Part shown: piece by piece, positions 21,108 through 31,312 of the stretch
Layout: the number at the start of each line of letters is the position of its first letter
How positions within the stretch are numbered: position 1 is the stretch's first letter
Assembly (NCBI GenBank): GCA_040756415.1
Contig: JBFLYZ010000003.1
Coordinates: forward strand, 46,943-110,942
DNA: 64,000 bases
From: Bacteroidota bacterium
Lineage (GTDB): Bacteria > Bacteroidota > Bacteroidia > JADZBD01
Reading direction: 5' to 3'
Made by a program: the position numbers and the translations under genes
The notes under the pieces: model-generated
Database searches by the model: none
The model's input: the letters and a program-made list of their open reading frames with translations, nothing else
Told to the model about the DNA's origin: nothing

Positions 21108-21728
21108 ATGAAGAAGATCATTGCCGCTCTTGCCTTCGCGGGTATCTGCTTACCGGCCTTGGCGCAATCCTTTGCGAAAGGGAACACGGTCGTTACGGTC
21201 GGGGCCGGTTTCGCTTTTTACAAGGTGTACTCGTATGAGAAGGACACGCCTTATTACACCAACGATACGGCAGCCGCTTTCGTTTTCCCGCTCAAGGTGG
21301 AATACGGCATTTTCGACTGGCTGGGAGCCGCTTTCCGTTTCAATTACTCTAATTACATAGAGGGCGACAGCGCCAACACCCAGGATGTGAACGGCATCGA
21401 CCTGGGCCTGCAGGCCAATTTTCATTTTTACCGCGGTGCGCGTACCGACCTCTATGCAGGGGGCATAGCCAGTTGGAGCCGGCTTCGCTACTCTGAAAGC
21501 ACCGTCAGCAATATTCAGGTCAAAGGCGGTGGCAGCGTTTTCGGGGCGGAGCTCGGTGCGCGCTTCTATTTCGGTGAATCGAAAAAGAGCGGGATCCATT
21601 TCGCATTTTCCTACCTGGGTAATTTTTACCCGAACCTGGTGGCCACCGATGCAGCGGGCAATACGGCCGACTATTACCTGTCGGCAACAGGATTTCAGCT
21701 CGGCCTGGGCCTCAACTTAAAAATCTGA
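21108..21728 (+). CDS. Outer-membrane beta-barrel protein (porin-family, OmpW/OmpA-like barrel)
   Basis: Signal peptide; alternating aromatic and hydrophobic beta-strands; C-terminal aromatic residue (LNLKI). Confidence 0.65.
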   Translation: MKKIIAALAFAGICLPALAQSFAKGNTVVTVGAGFAFYKVYSYEKDTPYYTNDTAAAFVFPLKVEYGIFDWLGAAFRFNYSNYIEGDSANTQDVNGIDLGLQANFHFYRGARTDLYAGGIASWSRLRYSESTVSNIQVKGGGSVFGAELGARFYFGESKKSGIHFAFSYLGNFYPNLVATDAAGNTADYYLSATGFQLGLGLNLKI

Positions 21729-21774
21729 GCCTACGGAAAGCGTTTCCCGCCACGATCCCTATGCAGCACTTCGG

Positions 21775-23001
21775 GTGAGGTCATTCGCCCGCCTCTGCCT
21801 ATCCCGCTTTTTCCTGGTCATGGGCATACAGATGCAATCGGTGATACTGTACTGGCAGGTATATCAGCTTACCGAAGGCGAAAGCGACAGCAACCGGGCT
21901 TTCATGATCGGGTACATCGGGCTTTCCGAGTTCCTCCCCTTCTTCGCTTTTTCATTTTTCTCGGGCCAGGTAGCCGACCGGTACAACCGTAAGAGCATTA
22001 CCAGCGCCACTATTTTTCTGCTTATCCTCCAGGCCCTGGTGCTTTATTTCCTTTCGCGTAACGATTCTTTTCTTTTAAAGGCCAACGGGATCATCTGGCT
22101 TTACCTCACCGTTGTGCTCTGGGGGATCATACGCGCTTTTATGTCGCCCGCCATGACCGCCTTTATGGCGCAGGTATTGCCGCGCGATCTTTATACCAAC
22201 GGGGCTACCTGGAACAGCACCGTGTGGCACGTGGCCGCTATAGCGGGCCCCACGCTGGGCGGGATGCTTTGCGCCTGGCTGAGCTTCGACCAGGTTTACC
22301 TGATCGATGCCGGCATGATAGCCGTGGGCTTCCTCTTTTTCATCATCATTACTTATACCCATGTTCCGGTTAGGGAAGCGAAGGAGGGCTTTATGGAGAG
22401 CCTGGCTGCGGGCATACGTTTCGTATTCTCCAATAAGATCCTGCTCAGCGCCCTCTCTCTCGATCTTTTTGCGGTGCTTTTTGGTGGCGCCACGGCCATG
22501 CTTCCCGCCTTTGCCGATAAGGTGCTGCAGGTTGGCGCGGTGGAACTGGGCATGCTGCGCGCCTCACCGGCCATCGGGGCGGTGATCATGGCCATCGTCC
22601 TCGCTTATTACCCTCCCGTAAAGGATTCAGGCAAAAAGCTGCTGCTCTCGGTAGCCGTTTTCGGGCTTTGCACCATTGCCTTCGCGCTTTCGGCCAACTT
22701 CTACCTTTCCCTGCTCATCCTGGCCCTGATCGGTGCCTTCGACAACATCAGCGTGGTGATACGGCACACCATCTTGCAGCTTATGACCCCCGATCATATG
22801 CGCGGCAGGGTCTCGGCCGTTAACGGCATCTTCATCGGCTCATCGAACGAGATCGGGGCCTTCGAATCGGGCGTGGCGGCCGGGCTGATGGGGCTGATCC
22901 CTTCGGTGGTGTTCGGGGGCAGCATGACCGTAGTGGTGGTGATCATCATCGCTATCGCGTTTCCTCCCCTACTCAGGCTGAGCCTGAAGAACATCAAATA
23001 A
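21775..23001 (+). CDS. MFS transporter
   Basis: 408 aa with 12 predicted TM and the MFS motif GQVADRYNRK. The likely start is the GTG at 21775. Confidence 0.8.
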   Translation: MRSFARLCLSRFFLVMGIQMQSVILYWQVYQLTEGESDSNRAFMIGYIGLSEFLPFFAFSFFSGQVADRYNRKSITSATIFLLILQALVLYFLSRNDSFLLKANGIIWLYLTVVLWGIIRAFMSPAMTAFMAQVLPRDLYTNGATWNSTVWHVAAIAGPTLGGMLCAWLSFDQVYLIDAGMIAVGFLFFIIITYTHVPVREAKEGFMESLAAGIRFVFSNKILLSALSLDLFAVLFGGATAMLPAFADKVLQVGAVELGMLRASPAIGAVIMAIVLAYYPPVKDSGKKLLLSVAVFGLCTIAFALSANFYLSLLILALIGAFDNISVVIRHTILQLMTPDHMRGRVSAVNGIFIGSSNEIGAFESGVAAGLMGLIPSVVFGGSMTVVVVIIIAIAFPPLLRLSLKNIK

Positions 23002-23070
23002 GGATATCTCCGGAGCATGGCACGGGTATCGATCGTCATTTGTAATATCCGCAAGCAATTTCTTATCCGT

Positions 23071-23125
23071 AAAAAAACCCCTGTTGCAAGGCGCAGAGGG
23101 GCCAAAAAGCGCTATGGCTTTTTAA
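23071..23125 (+). terminator. Tandem hairpin terminators after the MFS gene
   Basis: aaaaaaaCCCCTgttgcaaggcgcAGAGGGGcc followed by AAAAAGCgctatgGCTTTTT. Confidence 0.5.
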
Positions 23126-23370
23126 GACTTCATTAAGAGAAGTCCGGGTACATGATCTATTCACTTACATAGATCAAAGTTACCCTGGCCGAGCGGCCGA
23201 CCCTAATTGCAAATCGCGGTGCCGGCCGGATCGTACTAAAAACTTGCAAAAGTCAGTACCAAATAGACGGGGAATCCGCTTTTCTCCGCGAAAAACGCCA
23301 ATGGCTTTAGGAAAATTATTATAAATTGCAAAAGATTGCTTTTGCTTGCTGCACCACACCCTAAAGATAT

Positions 23371-24411
23371 ATGGCTAAAAAAGAAAAGGATTCACCGAAA
23401 GAACGGAATAGCGCCCAGGTGGCCTTCATCCAGAAGGTCAAGAATGCGCTCCCTCCCAATATCTCGATCGTAGAGGAACTGGTCGAGCTCCTGGGCGTAA
23501 GCCAGGACAGCGCTTACCGGAGGCTGCGCGGAGAAACGGTGCTGACCATCGAGGAGATCACCGCCATCTGCAACCGCTATAAGATATCCTTCGATTCCTT
23601 CATCCAGACCCGGCAAAGCGACTCGGTGAACTTTACCTATCGCGCCCTGAAAAGCAGCCAGGAGAGCTACCTGGATTACCTGACACGTATTTTGCAGGAC
23701 CTGAAAAAGCTCAGCTCGTACCCGAACAGCGAGATCACCTACGCGGCCGTGGATATACCCATTTTCCATCATTTCAATTTCCCCGACCTGGCGGCCTTTA
23801 AGATCTTCTACTGGTGCCGCTCCATACTGAACGTGCCCGAGCTGCAGACCGCGCGTTTCAGCAGCGATGCCATTACAAAGGATATAGCCGATACGGCCAG
23901 GCAGATCTTTGAGGAGTACGCCAAAATACGCTCGATCGAAATATGGGCCGAGGAAACGGCCAACAGCACCCTGAGGCAGATCGAGTTCTCCTGGGACAGC
24001 GGTGCTTTTGCCCGGAAGGAGGACGCGCTGAAGGTTTGCGAGCAGGTGAGGCAGATGTTCGGCAACATCAAGGAAATGGCCGAGCAGCACTCCAAGGTGC
24101 CCGCAGGCAAGCGCTCAGCGCAATACGAGGAGAATTATACCCTGTTCTGTTCAGAGGTGACGATAGGCAACAACTGCATCCTGACCACTGTGGGTGAGAA
24201 TTTCAAAGCGGCTTACCTCTCGTACCATACCTTCAATACCATGGTGACTACCAATCCCACGTTCTGCAATGAAACGGACAACTGGCTCAGGAACATCATG
24301 AAGAAATCCATCATGATCAGCGGTGTGGGCGAAAAGCAAAGACACCAGTTCTTCCGCAGAATAGAGGAAAACCTGCAGCGGGTGATGGATAAGATAAACC
24401 GGGACGAATGA
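23371..24411 (+). CDS. Helix-turn-helix domain-containing putative transcriptional regulator
   Basis: 346 aa. The N-terminal region (VEELVELLGVSQDSAYRRLRGETVLTIEEI) is a typical HTH. Its stop overlaps the start of the next gene (ATGA), so the two form an operon. Confidence 0.7.
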   Translation: MAKKEKDSPKERNSAQVAFIQKVKNALPPNISIVEELVELLGVSQDSAYRRLRGETVLTIEEITAICNRYKISFDSFIQTRQSDSVNFTYRALKSSQESYLDYLTRILQDLKKLSSYPNSEITYAAVDIPIFHHFNFPDLAAFKIFYWCRSILNVPELQTARFSSDAITKDIADTARQIFEEYAKIRSIEIWAEETANSTLRQIEFSWDSGAFARKEDALKVCEQVRQMFGNIKEMAEQHSKVPAGKRSAQYEENYTLFCSEVTIGNNCILTTVGENFKAAYLSYHTFNTMVTTNPTFCNETDNWLRNIMKKSIMISGVGEKQRHQFFRRIEENLQRVMDKINRDE

Positions 24412-25157
24412 GCGATGATGAACTGAAAGACTTTCTTGAAGAAAAATTCCGACACTATCACCAACCTGCGTTCATCGGCCACGACCCGGTGAGCATACCT
24501 CACCGCTTCAGCCGCAAAGAGGATATCGAGATTGCGGGCTTTTTAGCCGCTTCCATCGCCTGGGGCCAGCGGCCGGTCATTATCAGGAACGCCACCCGCC
24601 TGCTCGAGCTGATGGAACACGCACCCTATGATTTTATCATGAATGCCGGCCCCGCTGATCTCCGTCCGTTTGAACGGTTCATTCACCGCACCTTCAACGG
24701 CACCGACTGCGTTTATTTCCTGCGCGCGCTGAAGAGCATTTACAGAAAAGGAGGCCTGGAAAAAGCATTTGAAGGGAGCAGCGCCAGGGACCGCATCATC
24801 CGTTTCCGCAAGCGCTTCTTTTCCCTAAAGCATGCGGCCCGCACCCGCAAGCACGTGAGCGACCCGGCCGCTAACTCATCGGCCAAGCGCCTGAACATGT
24901 TCCTGCGCTGGATGGTAAGAAGCCGCAAAGGCGGTGTGGATTTCGGCTTATGGAAGGATATCTCCCCTTCGGAGCTGATGTGTCCGCTCGATGTACACTC
25001 AGGCAACGTGGCCCGTAAACTGGGCCTGCTGAATAGAAAGCAGAACGACTGGAGGGCGGTGGAAGAACTGACCGTGCGCCTGAGGGAGTTCGATCCGGCC
25101 GACCCCGTGAAATACGACTTTGCCCTGTTCGGGCTGGGGGCATTTGAAAAGTTCTGA
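24408..25157 (+). CDS. TIGR02757 (DUF2400) family protein
   Basis: 249 aa. Recalled family signature blocks FLAASIAWGQRPVIIRNA, FIHRTFNGTD and LDVHSGNVARKLGLL. Confidence 0.7.
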   Translation: MSDDELKDFLEEKFRHYHQPAFIGHDPVSIPHRFSRKEDIEIAGFLAASIAWGQRPVIIRNATRLLELMEHAPYDFIMNAGPADLRPFERFIHRTFNGTDCVYFLRALKSIYRKGGLEKAFEGSSARDRIIRFRKRFFSLKHAARTRKHVSDPAANSSAKRLNMFLRWMVRSRKGGVDFGLWKDISPSELMCPLDVHSGNVARKLGLLNRKQNDWRAVEELTVRLREFDPADPVKYDFALFGLGAFEKF

Positions 25158-25164
25158 GGCGCCC

Positions 25165-26103
25165 TCAGTCATAAAATTCATAAACGAACTTCGTCAGGCT
25201 TTCGGTCTTATGCAGGTAATCGTACGAAACCTGCTCGGCCAGGTTCCCTTTTTCATCATAAGCGTACGTATATTTCTCATCGGGTGTGGCCTGGTCGCCA
25301 AAAACGCTTGTTTCCTCCAGCCGGTTTTCGGCATCGTACTTATGCAGCTCCTTCTTCTTACGCGCGTATGAATCGGTGGTCTCCGTCACGATCAGGCTGC
25401 CCCATTTATCGTATGTATATACCTTCATCTCAATGAACAGGGTATCGCTCAGCGCGGAACCCGATTTCGAGGGCATTTCAACCTGCTTCATCTTTTTTAC
25501 TGATAGCACGTTACCCGAGCTGTCATAGGTATAAAATACGAACAATTTTTCTGTCGCGTTCGTTTGCCCGCTCATCATCAGACGGCCCAGGCTGTCGTAA
25601 ACATAGTGCGTAACCGAAGCGATGGCGCGCTGGGCCTTGCCGGTGGAATCCGCCTTCTTCTTGCCCAGCACATCGGTCACGTTCGCGCCTACGTTCATGT
25701 TCAGCCTGAGCTTTTGAGCCAGCCGCCCCTTATCGTCATACAGAAATGTATCGCGGTAGGTAAACCTGTTCAGGTACGTATCGTGCACATCCAGCGCAAG
25801 CAGCCGGCCATCTTTGCCGTAGGCGTACAGCTCCTTTATATTTGAATAGAAGCTCATGCGCATGGTCACGCGGCCCTTCTCATCATACGCGTATGTTTCG
25901 GAAAGGATGCCTTTCTTCTTGTCGGCCTTTGAAGGATAGCTCCACACCGACTTGGTCTTCACCCGGCCTTTTTGCTTCCTGATGCTGATCGTGGCCGTAC
26001 TGTCGGGCTGGGCAGCAACGGCAACAGGGAACAGCAGCCCCAGCAGCATGCCTTTCATCATAAAAACAAAATTAGGGACTTCCTTTTTAGTATTTTTAAC
26101 CAC
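25165..26103 (-). CDS. Secreted protein with YD/RHS-like repeats
   Basis: Signal peptide and 6 or more Y-x-Y-D-x-x-G-R/N-L repeats (e.g. YAYDEKGRV, LYDDKGRLA, YVYDSLGRL, YTYDSSGNV). Confidence 0.6.
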   Translation of the reverse strand: MVKNTKKEVPNFVFMMKGMLLGLLFPVAVAAQPDSTATISIRKQKGRVKTKSVWSYPSKADKKKGILSETYAYDEKGRVTMRMSFYSNIKELYAYGKDGRLLALDVHDTYLNRFTYRDTFLYDDKGRLAQKLRLNMNVGANVTDVLGKKKADSTGKAQRAIASVTHYVYDSLGRLMMSGQTNATEKLFVFYTYDSSGNVLSVKKMKQVEMPSKSGSALSDTLFIEMKVYTYDKWGSLIVTETTDSYARKKKELHKYDAENRLEETSVFGDQATPDEKYTYAYDEKGNLAEQVSYDYLHKTESLTKFVYEFYD

Positions 26104-26125
26104 CGCACTTTATAACGTATAAATC

Positions 26126-29053
26126 ATGAAAAAGATACACCTCAGCCTCTCTTTTATCTTGGCGGCCACGGCCCTCCTCGCCCAAACAGCCAACCCCGTT
26201 CCATTTACCAATTACAAGGAACGCATGGAAGGCTATAAAAAAAGAAAGGCCCTTGAGGCCAATTCTCTTGTCAGCGGCATAGCCTTCCGCAGCATAGGCC
26301 CCAATATCATGAGCGGCCGCGTGGTCGATATAGAAGTATCGCCCCATGATCCCACCCATTTTTACGTTGCTTACGCTTCAGGCGGCCTGTGGAAGACCGA
26401 GAACAACGGGCTCACCTTCACCCCTCTCTTCGACTATGAAGCCGTGATCACCATAGGCGATATCGCTATCGACTGGAACAACGGTGGAACGATCTGGATC
26501 GGTACGGGCGAAAGCAACAGCAGCCGCTCATCGTATTCGGGGGTAGGAGTGTTCAAAAGCGCGGATGGGGGGAAATCGTGGACCCACCTTGGGCTGGAGG
26601 AAACGCATCATATCGGCAAGATCGTGGTGCATCCCACCGATCCCAATACCGTGTGGGTTGCCGCCATCGGTCACCTGTATTCCCCCAACAAGGACAGGGG
26701 CGTATACAAAACCAGCGATGGGGGCAAGACATGGAAGCAGGTGCTGTTCAAGGATGAGAACACGGGCGCCATCGATATGCAGATCGATCCGGCAAACCCC
26801 CAAAACCTGTATGCCACGCTCTGGTACCGCACGCGGAGGGCCTGGAACTTTACCGAAAGCGGGAAAAGCTCGGGCATCTATAAAAGTACCGATGGTGGCG
26901 CTACCTGGAGCCTTGTTTCGGGCGAAGGCAGCGGTTTCCCAACCGGAGACGGTGTAGGCCGGATCGGCCTGGCCGTTTACCCCCAGAACTCCAACATCGT
27001 TTATGCCATCCTCGATAACCAGCAGGCCCGCAAGGAGGAGAAAAAGGAGGAGGATAAAACCAAGTTGACCAAAGACAAGCTGAGGACCATTACGACAGGA
27101 GAGTTCCTAAAGCTGGACGACAAGCAATTGCAGGCCTTTATGGACGAAAACGGCTTTCCCGGGAAATACAGCGCAGCCAAAGTGAAAGAAATGGTGAAAA
27201 GCGGCAAGCTCAAGCCCATTGCGCTGGTAGAATACCTGGAAGACGCCAACGCGGCCCTGTTCGACACCAAAGTGACCGGAGGCGAGGTTTACCGCTCGGA
27301 TGACGCGGGCAAGACCTGGAAAAAGACCCACAGCACCTACCTCGAGGATTTCTTTTATACCTACGGGTACTATTTCGGGAAGATATGGGTGTCGCCCTAC
27401 GATGAGAACAAGATCTATATAGGCGGCCTGTATGCCCTGCGATCGGATGACGGAGGCAAGACCTTCCAGTCCATTTCGGGCGAGAACGTGCATGCCGACC
27501 ACCACGCTCTCTGGAGCAATCCCGCCCGCAAGGGGCACCTGATCAATGGCAACGATGGAGGCGTCAATATCTCGTACGATGACGGCAAGACCTGGTTCAA
27601 ATGCAATACACCCAGCGTAGGGCAGTTCTACGCTGTTAACGTGGATATGGAAACCCCGCACAACGTTTACGGTGGCCTGCAGGACAACGGGGTATGGTGG
27701 GGCAGCTCGCAGAGCAAGATGGACCTGGCCTGGACCCAGGAAGGAAAGAACCCTTTCCAGAACATCATGGGCGGTGACGGCATGCAGGTGCAGGTAGATA
27801 CCCGCGATAACACCACGGTATATACCGGCTACCAGTTCGGCAACTATTTCCGTATCAATAAGAACACGGGCGAAACAAAATATATCACCCCCCAGCACGA
27901 CCTGGGCGAACGCCCTTATCGATGGAACTGGCAATCGCCCATACTGATCTCGAAACACAACCAGGATATCATCTACATGGGCTCGAACCATTTTCACCGT
28001 TCCATGAACAAGGGCGATGATTTCAAAACCCTTTCAGGCGACCTGACCAATGGCGGGAAAAAAGGAGACGTGACCTACGGCACGCTGACCACTATCGATG
28101 AATCTCCTCTTAAATTCGGGCTGATCTATACCGGGAGCGATGACGGGGCCGTTAACGTAAGCAAGGACGGTGGCAGCACCTGGACGAAAGTATCATCCGG
28201 GCTGCAGGCTCATATGTGGGTGAGCCGCGTATGCGCTTCACACCACAGCGAAGGGCGGGTGTACGTATCGCTCAACGGGTACCGGTGGGATAACTTCACC
28301 CCCTATCTCTATGTTTCCGACAACTACGGCAGCAACTGGACGCGCATCGGCACCGACCTGCCACTGGAGCCTATTAACGTTGTAAAAGAAGATCCCGCGA
28401 ACGAGAACATCCTGTACGTGGGCACGGATAACGGCCTGTACGTTTCGCTGAACAGGGGCAAATCGTTCATGCGCATGGGTAAAACCCTGCCGGCAGTTGC
28501 CGTACATGACCTGGTCATTCACCCGCGCGACAAGGAGATCGTAGTGGGGACGCACGGCAGGTCGATCTACGTGGCCAGCGTAAAAGAGCTGCAGCAGATG
28601 AACGACAGCATACTGGCAAAGAGCCTGTATGTCTTTGACCTGGAGGATAAAAAACACAGCGGGCGCTGGGGGGCAAAGGAAAGCATGTGGGAAAAGCCCA
28701 ATGAGCCGGAATACCTCATTCCTTATTTCATAAAGGACGATGGAAATGTAACCATAGAGGTTAAGACAAAGAGCGGCCTTCTGCTGGCCTCCTACGCGCT
28801 TATCGCTCAGAAAAAAGGGCTCAACTACTTCAGTTATGACCTCTCGGTGAGCACCGAGCCCGGCAGCGTTGTTGCCGATTACGAAAAGTACCTGAACGAC
28901 AACAAAGCGAAGGACGATGCGGCCATCAAGCTGAAAAAGGCGGAAAGCGGCAAGTATTACCTTCAGCCAGGCACCTATACGGTGGTGATCAAAGGTGAGA
29001 ACGGTGCCAGCATAACGAAAGAATTTACGATCAAAAAACCCAAGAAAGGATAA
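26126..29053 (+). CDS. Sortilin/VPS10-domain BNR (Asp-box) repeat protein
   Basis: 975 aa with a signal peptide and multiple Asp-box motifs (SADGGKSW, TSDGGKTW, STDGGATW, SDDGGKTF, YDDGKTW, KDGGSTW). Confidence 0.85.
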   Translation: MKKIHLSLSFILAATALLAQTANPVPFTNYKERMEGYKKRKALEANSLVSGIAFRSIGPNIMSGRVVDIEVSPHDPTHFYVAYASGGLWKTENNGLTFTPLFDYEAVITIGDIAIDWNNGGTIWIGTGESNSSRSSYSGVGVFKSADGGKSWTHLGLEETHHIGKIVVHPTDPNTVWVAAIGHLYSPNKDRGVYKTSDGGKTWKQVLFKDENTGAIDMQIDPANPQNLYATLWYRTRRAWNFTESGKSSGIYKSTDGGATWSLVSGEGSGFPTGDGVGRIGLAVYPQNSNIVYAILDNQQARKEEKKEEDKTKLTKDKLRTITTGEFLKLDDKQLQAFMDENGFPGKYSAAKVKEMVKSGKLKPIALVEYLEDANAALFDTKVTGGEVYRSDDAGKTWKKTHSTYLEDFFYTYGYYFGKIWVSPYDENKIYIGGLYALRSDDGGKTFQSISGENVHADHHALWSNPARKGHLINGNDGGVNISYDDGKTWFKCNTPSVGQFYAVNVDMETPHNVYGGLQDNGVWWGSSQSKMDLAWTQEGKNPFQNIMGGDGMQVQVDTRDNTTVYTGYQFGNYFRINKNTGETKYITPQHDLGERPYRWNWQSPILISKHNQDIIYMGSNHFHRSMNKGDDFKTLSGDLTNGGKKGDVTYGTLTTIDESPLKFGLIYTGSDDGAVNVSKDGGSTWTKVSSGLQAHMWVSRVCASHHSEGRVYVSLNGYRWDNFTPYLYVSDNYGSNWTRIGTDLPLEPINVVKEDPANENILYVGTDNGLYVSLNRGKSFMRMGKTLPAVAVHDLVIHPRDKEIVVGTHGRSIYVASVKELQQMNDSILAKSLYVFDLEDKKHSGRWGAKESMWEKPNEPEYLIPYFIKDDGNVTIEVKTKSGLLLASYALIAQKKGLNYFSYDLSVSTEPGSVVADYEKYLNDNKAKDDAAIKLKKAESGKYYLQPGTYTVVIKGENGASITKEFTIKKPKKG

Positions 29054-30786
29054 TGGCAAGAATGCTTTTCTTCATTTTATTGTTTTCCCCTTTCCTGCTT
29101 TTTCCACAACCAGGAAAGAAAAAGGTCTACACCACCACCCTCACCTATCCGGAGATCATTGCAGCGTATCAATCACTCGAAAAAAAGAGCCCTTATGCCA
29201 AGCTGCTGACCTGCGACACCACCGACATCGGCAAGCCCCTGCACCTGTTCGTGATCAGCAAGAGCAAGGTTTTCGACCCAGCAGGGGTAAGCAAGCTCGG
29301 CAAGACGGTGCTGCTCATCAACAACGGAATCCACCCGGGCGAGCCTGACGGGATCGATGCCAGCGTTGAGTTCGCCACAACCCTGCTGAGCAATGAAAAG
29401 AACATTCCCGATAGCGTGGTGATCTGCATCATACCCGTTTATAATATTGACGGCTGCCTTAACCGGGGCAAGTACTCCCGGGCCAACCAGAACGGCCCGG
29501 AGGAGTATGGCTTCAGGGGTAATGCCCAGAACCTGGACCTTAACCGCGATTTCATCAAGGCCGATTCGAAGAACGCGAAGGCCTTTATCCGCATCTTCCA
29601 GGACTGGAAGCCGCATGTATTTGTGGATAATCATACTTCTGACGGTGCGGATTACCAGTACGTGATGACCCTCATCGCCACCCAGCGCAACAAGCTCCAC
29701 CCCGTCCTGTCGGAATACATGACGAGTGAAATGGTACCTTACCTGTATGACCGGATGAAAGAGAAGAAATACGAAATGTGTCCTTACGTGGAGACTCTTG
29801 CGGATATACCCGATAAAGGTATTGTCGAATTCCTGGAGACCCCGCGTTATTCCACCGGCTATGCGGCCCTGTTCAACTGCATAGGCTTTGTTCCCGAAAC
29901 GCATATGTGGAAGCCTTACAACGACCGGGTATGGAGCACCTATGAGCTGCTGCTGGCAATTACGGAGATAACTGAGCGTGACGCGGCCAGGATCGCTGTG
30001 AAAAAAAATGCGGCTGACCTCTCCGTACTGACCCAAAAAGAACTCTTCTTTAACTACCGGCTCGACACCACCCGGTTCGACAGCATTGAGTTCAGGGGCT
30101 ATGAGGCCGAATACAAGGTGAGCACCATCAGCGGGCTTCAGCGTCTCTTTTATAACCGGAATAAGCCGTACACGAAAAAAATCAGGTTCTATAACCGGTA
30201 TACCCCCCTGGTCAAGGTTACCCGGCCGGCCTGTTATCTCATCCCCCAGGCCTGGGATAAAGTTATCGAGCGGCTCAAACTGAATAAGGTCATCCTGCAG
30301 CGCCTGAGCAAGGATACAAGCATAACCTGCGAGGTGTATTATATCCAGAGCTATGAAACGGTAAAAACGCCTTACGAAGGACATTACCTCCATTACAGCA
30401 TAAAGACGTATAAGGAAACGCAAACACTCAACTTCTACAAAGGCGATTATGTAGTGCATACTTCGTATAATGGCCGATATGTGGCAGAAACCCTGGAACC
30501 CGAAAGCGAGGACTCATTCTTCGCCTGGAACTTCTTTGACGGCATATTGCAGCAGAAAGAATGGTTTTCCCCCTATATATTCGAAGAGAAGGCCGTGGAG
30601 ATACTTAACGCTGATCCCAAGCTGAAGGAGGAACTGGAGGCTAAAAAGAAGACCGACAAAGATCTTGCGGCCAGCCACTGGGCCCAGCTCTATTTCATCT
30701 ATAAAAATTCAGTCTATTACGAGAAGTCACATAACCGCTATCCCGTAGCCCGCTTACACGAACATACGGCACTGCCGGTAGACTGA
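29053..30786 (+). CDS. M14-family zinc carboxypeptidase
   Basis: Zn-binding HPGE motif (NNGIHPGEPDG) and an NRDF motif (LNRDFIKAD). Its start overlaps the previous gene's stop. Confidence 0.85.
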   Translation: MARMLFFILLFSPFLLFPQPGKKKVYTTTLTYPEIIAAYQSLEKKSPYAKLLTCDTTDIGKPLHLFVISKSKVFDPAGVSKLGKTVLLINNGIHPGEPDGIDASVEFATTLLSNEKNIPDSVVICIIPVYNIDGCLNRGKYSRANQNGPEEYGFRGNAQNLDLNRDFIKADSKNAKAFIRIFQDWKPHVFVDNHTSDGADYQYVMTLIATQRNKLHPVLSEYMTSEMVPYLYDRMKEKKYEMCPYVETLADIPDKGIVEFLETPRYSTGYAALFNCIGFVPETHMWKPYNDRVWSTYELLLAITEITERDAARIAVKKNAADLSVLTQKELFFNYRLDTTRFDSIEFRGYEAEYKVSTISGLQRLFYNRNKPYTKKIRFYNRYTPLVKVTRPACYLIPQAWDKVIERLKLNKVILQRLSKDTSITCEVYYIQSYETVKTPYEGHYLHYSIKTYKETQTLNFYKGDYVVHTSYNGRYVAETLEPESEDSFFAWNFFDGILQQKEWFSPYIFEEKAVEILNADPKLKEELEAKKKTDKDLAASHWAQLYFIYKNSVYYEKSHNRYPVARLHEHTALPVD

Positions 30787-31191
30787 TCAGAAATAACCTC
30801 TGATCTTCTCCACGAAATATCCGGGAGCCGGGATGGGTTTCTTGGTGGCCTTATCGATGAACACGAGCACCACCTCGCCCGTGCACAGCAATTCCTTTTT
30901 CTCGTTAAAGGCCTCGTACAGGAAACGTATGCGCGCCCCGGGCAGCTCAGGCACCGTTGTGCGTATCAGCAGCAGATCGTCATACAGGGCCGGCTTGAGG
31001 TATTTGATGCTGAAGGTATACACAGGAAGCATGATGCCCTTCTCCTCCAGGCTGCGGTAGCTCATGCCCAACTGGCGCAGGGCCTCTACCCTGCCCACCT
31101 CGAAATATTCCGCGTAATTGCCATAATAGGCGTAGCCCATCTGGTCGGTCTCGCCATAACGCACTCGCAGGCTGGTCTCTGAAACGTACAT
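30787..31191 (-). CDS. Acyl-CoA thioesterase (YbgC/4HBT hotdog fold)
   Basis: Motif RVRYGETDQMG. The start was set at the Met 6 codons into the ORF. Confidence 0.8.
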   Translation of the reverse strand: MYVSETSLRVRYGETDQMGYAYYGNYAEYFEVGRVEALRQLGMSYRSLEEKGIMLPVYTFSIKYLKPALYDDLLLIRTTVPELPGARIRFLYEAFNEKKELLCTGEVVLVFIDKATKKPIPAPGYFVEKIRGYF

Positions 31192-31312
31192 TTTTTTTGA
31201 CGGATTCAAAATACTGTAAATTTTTCATCCGCGCACCTGTTTTACCGAAAATTAAATTTTTCAGGTGGTCCTGTTTCTCCAATGGGTTTTCTATAATATT
31301 GTGACCGATTTC

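Noticed and set aside
27107-30459. Long minus-strand ORFs 27107-27997, 28238-29059 and 29173-30459, opposite the sortilin and M14 genes.
   Set aside because: They are antisense to genes with strong motif support, in high-GC open frames.
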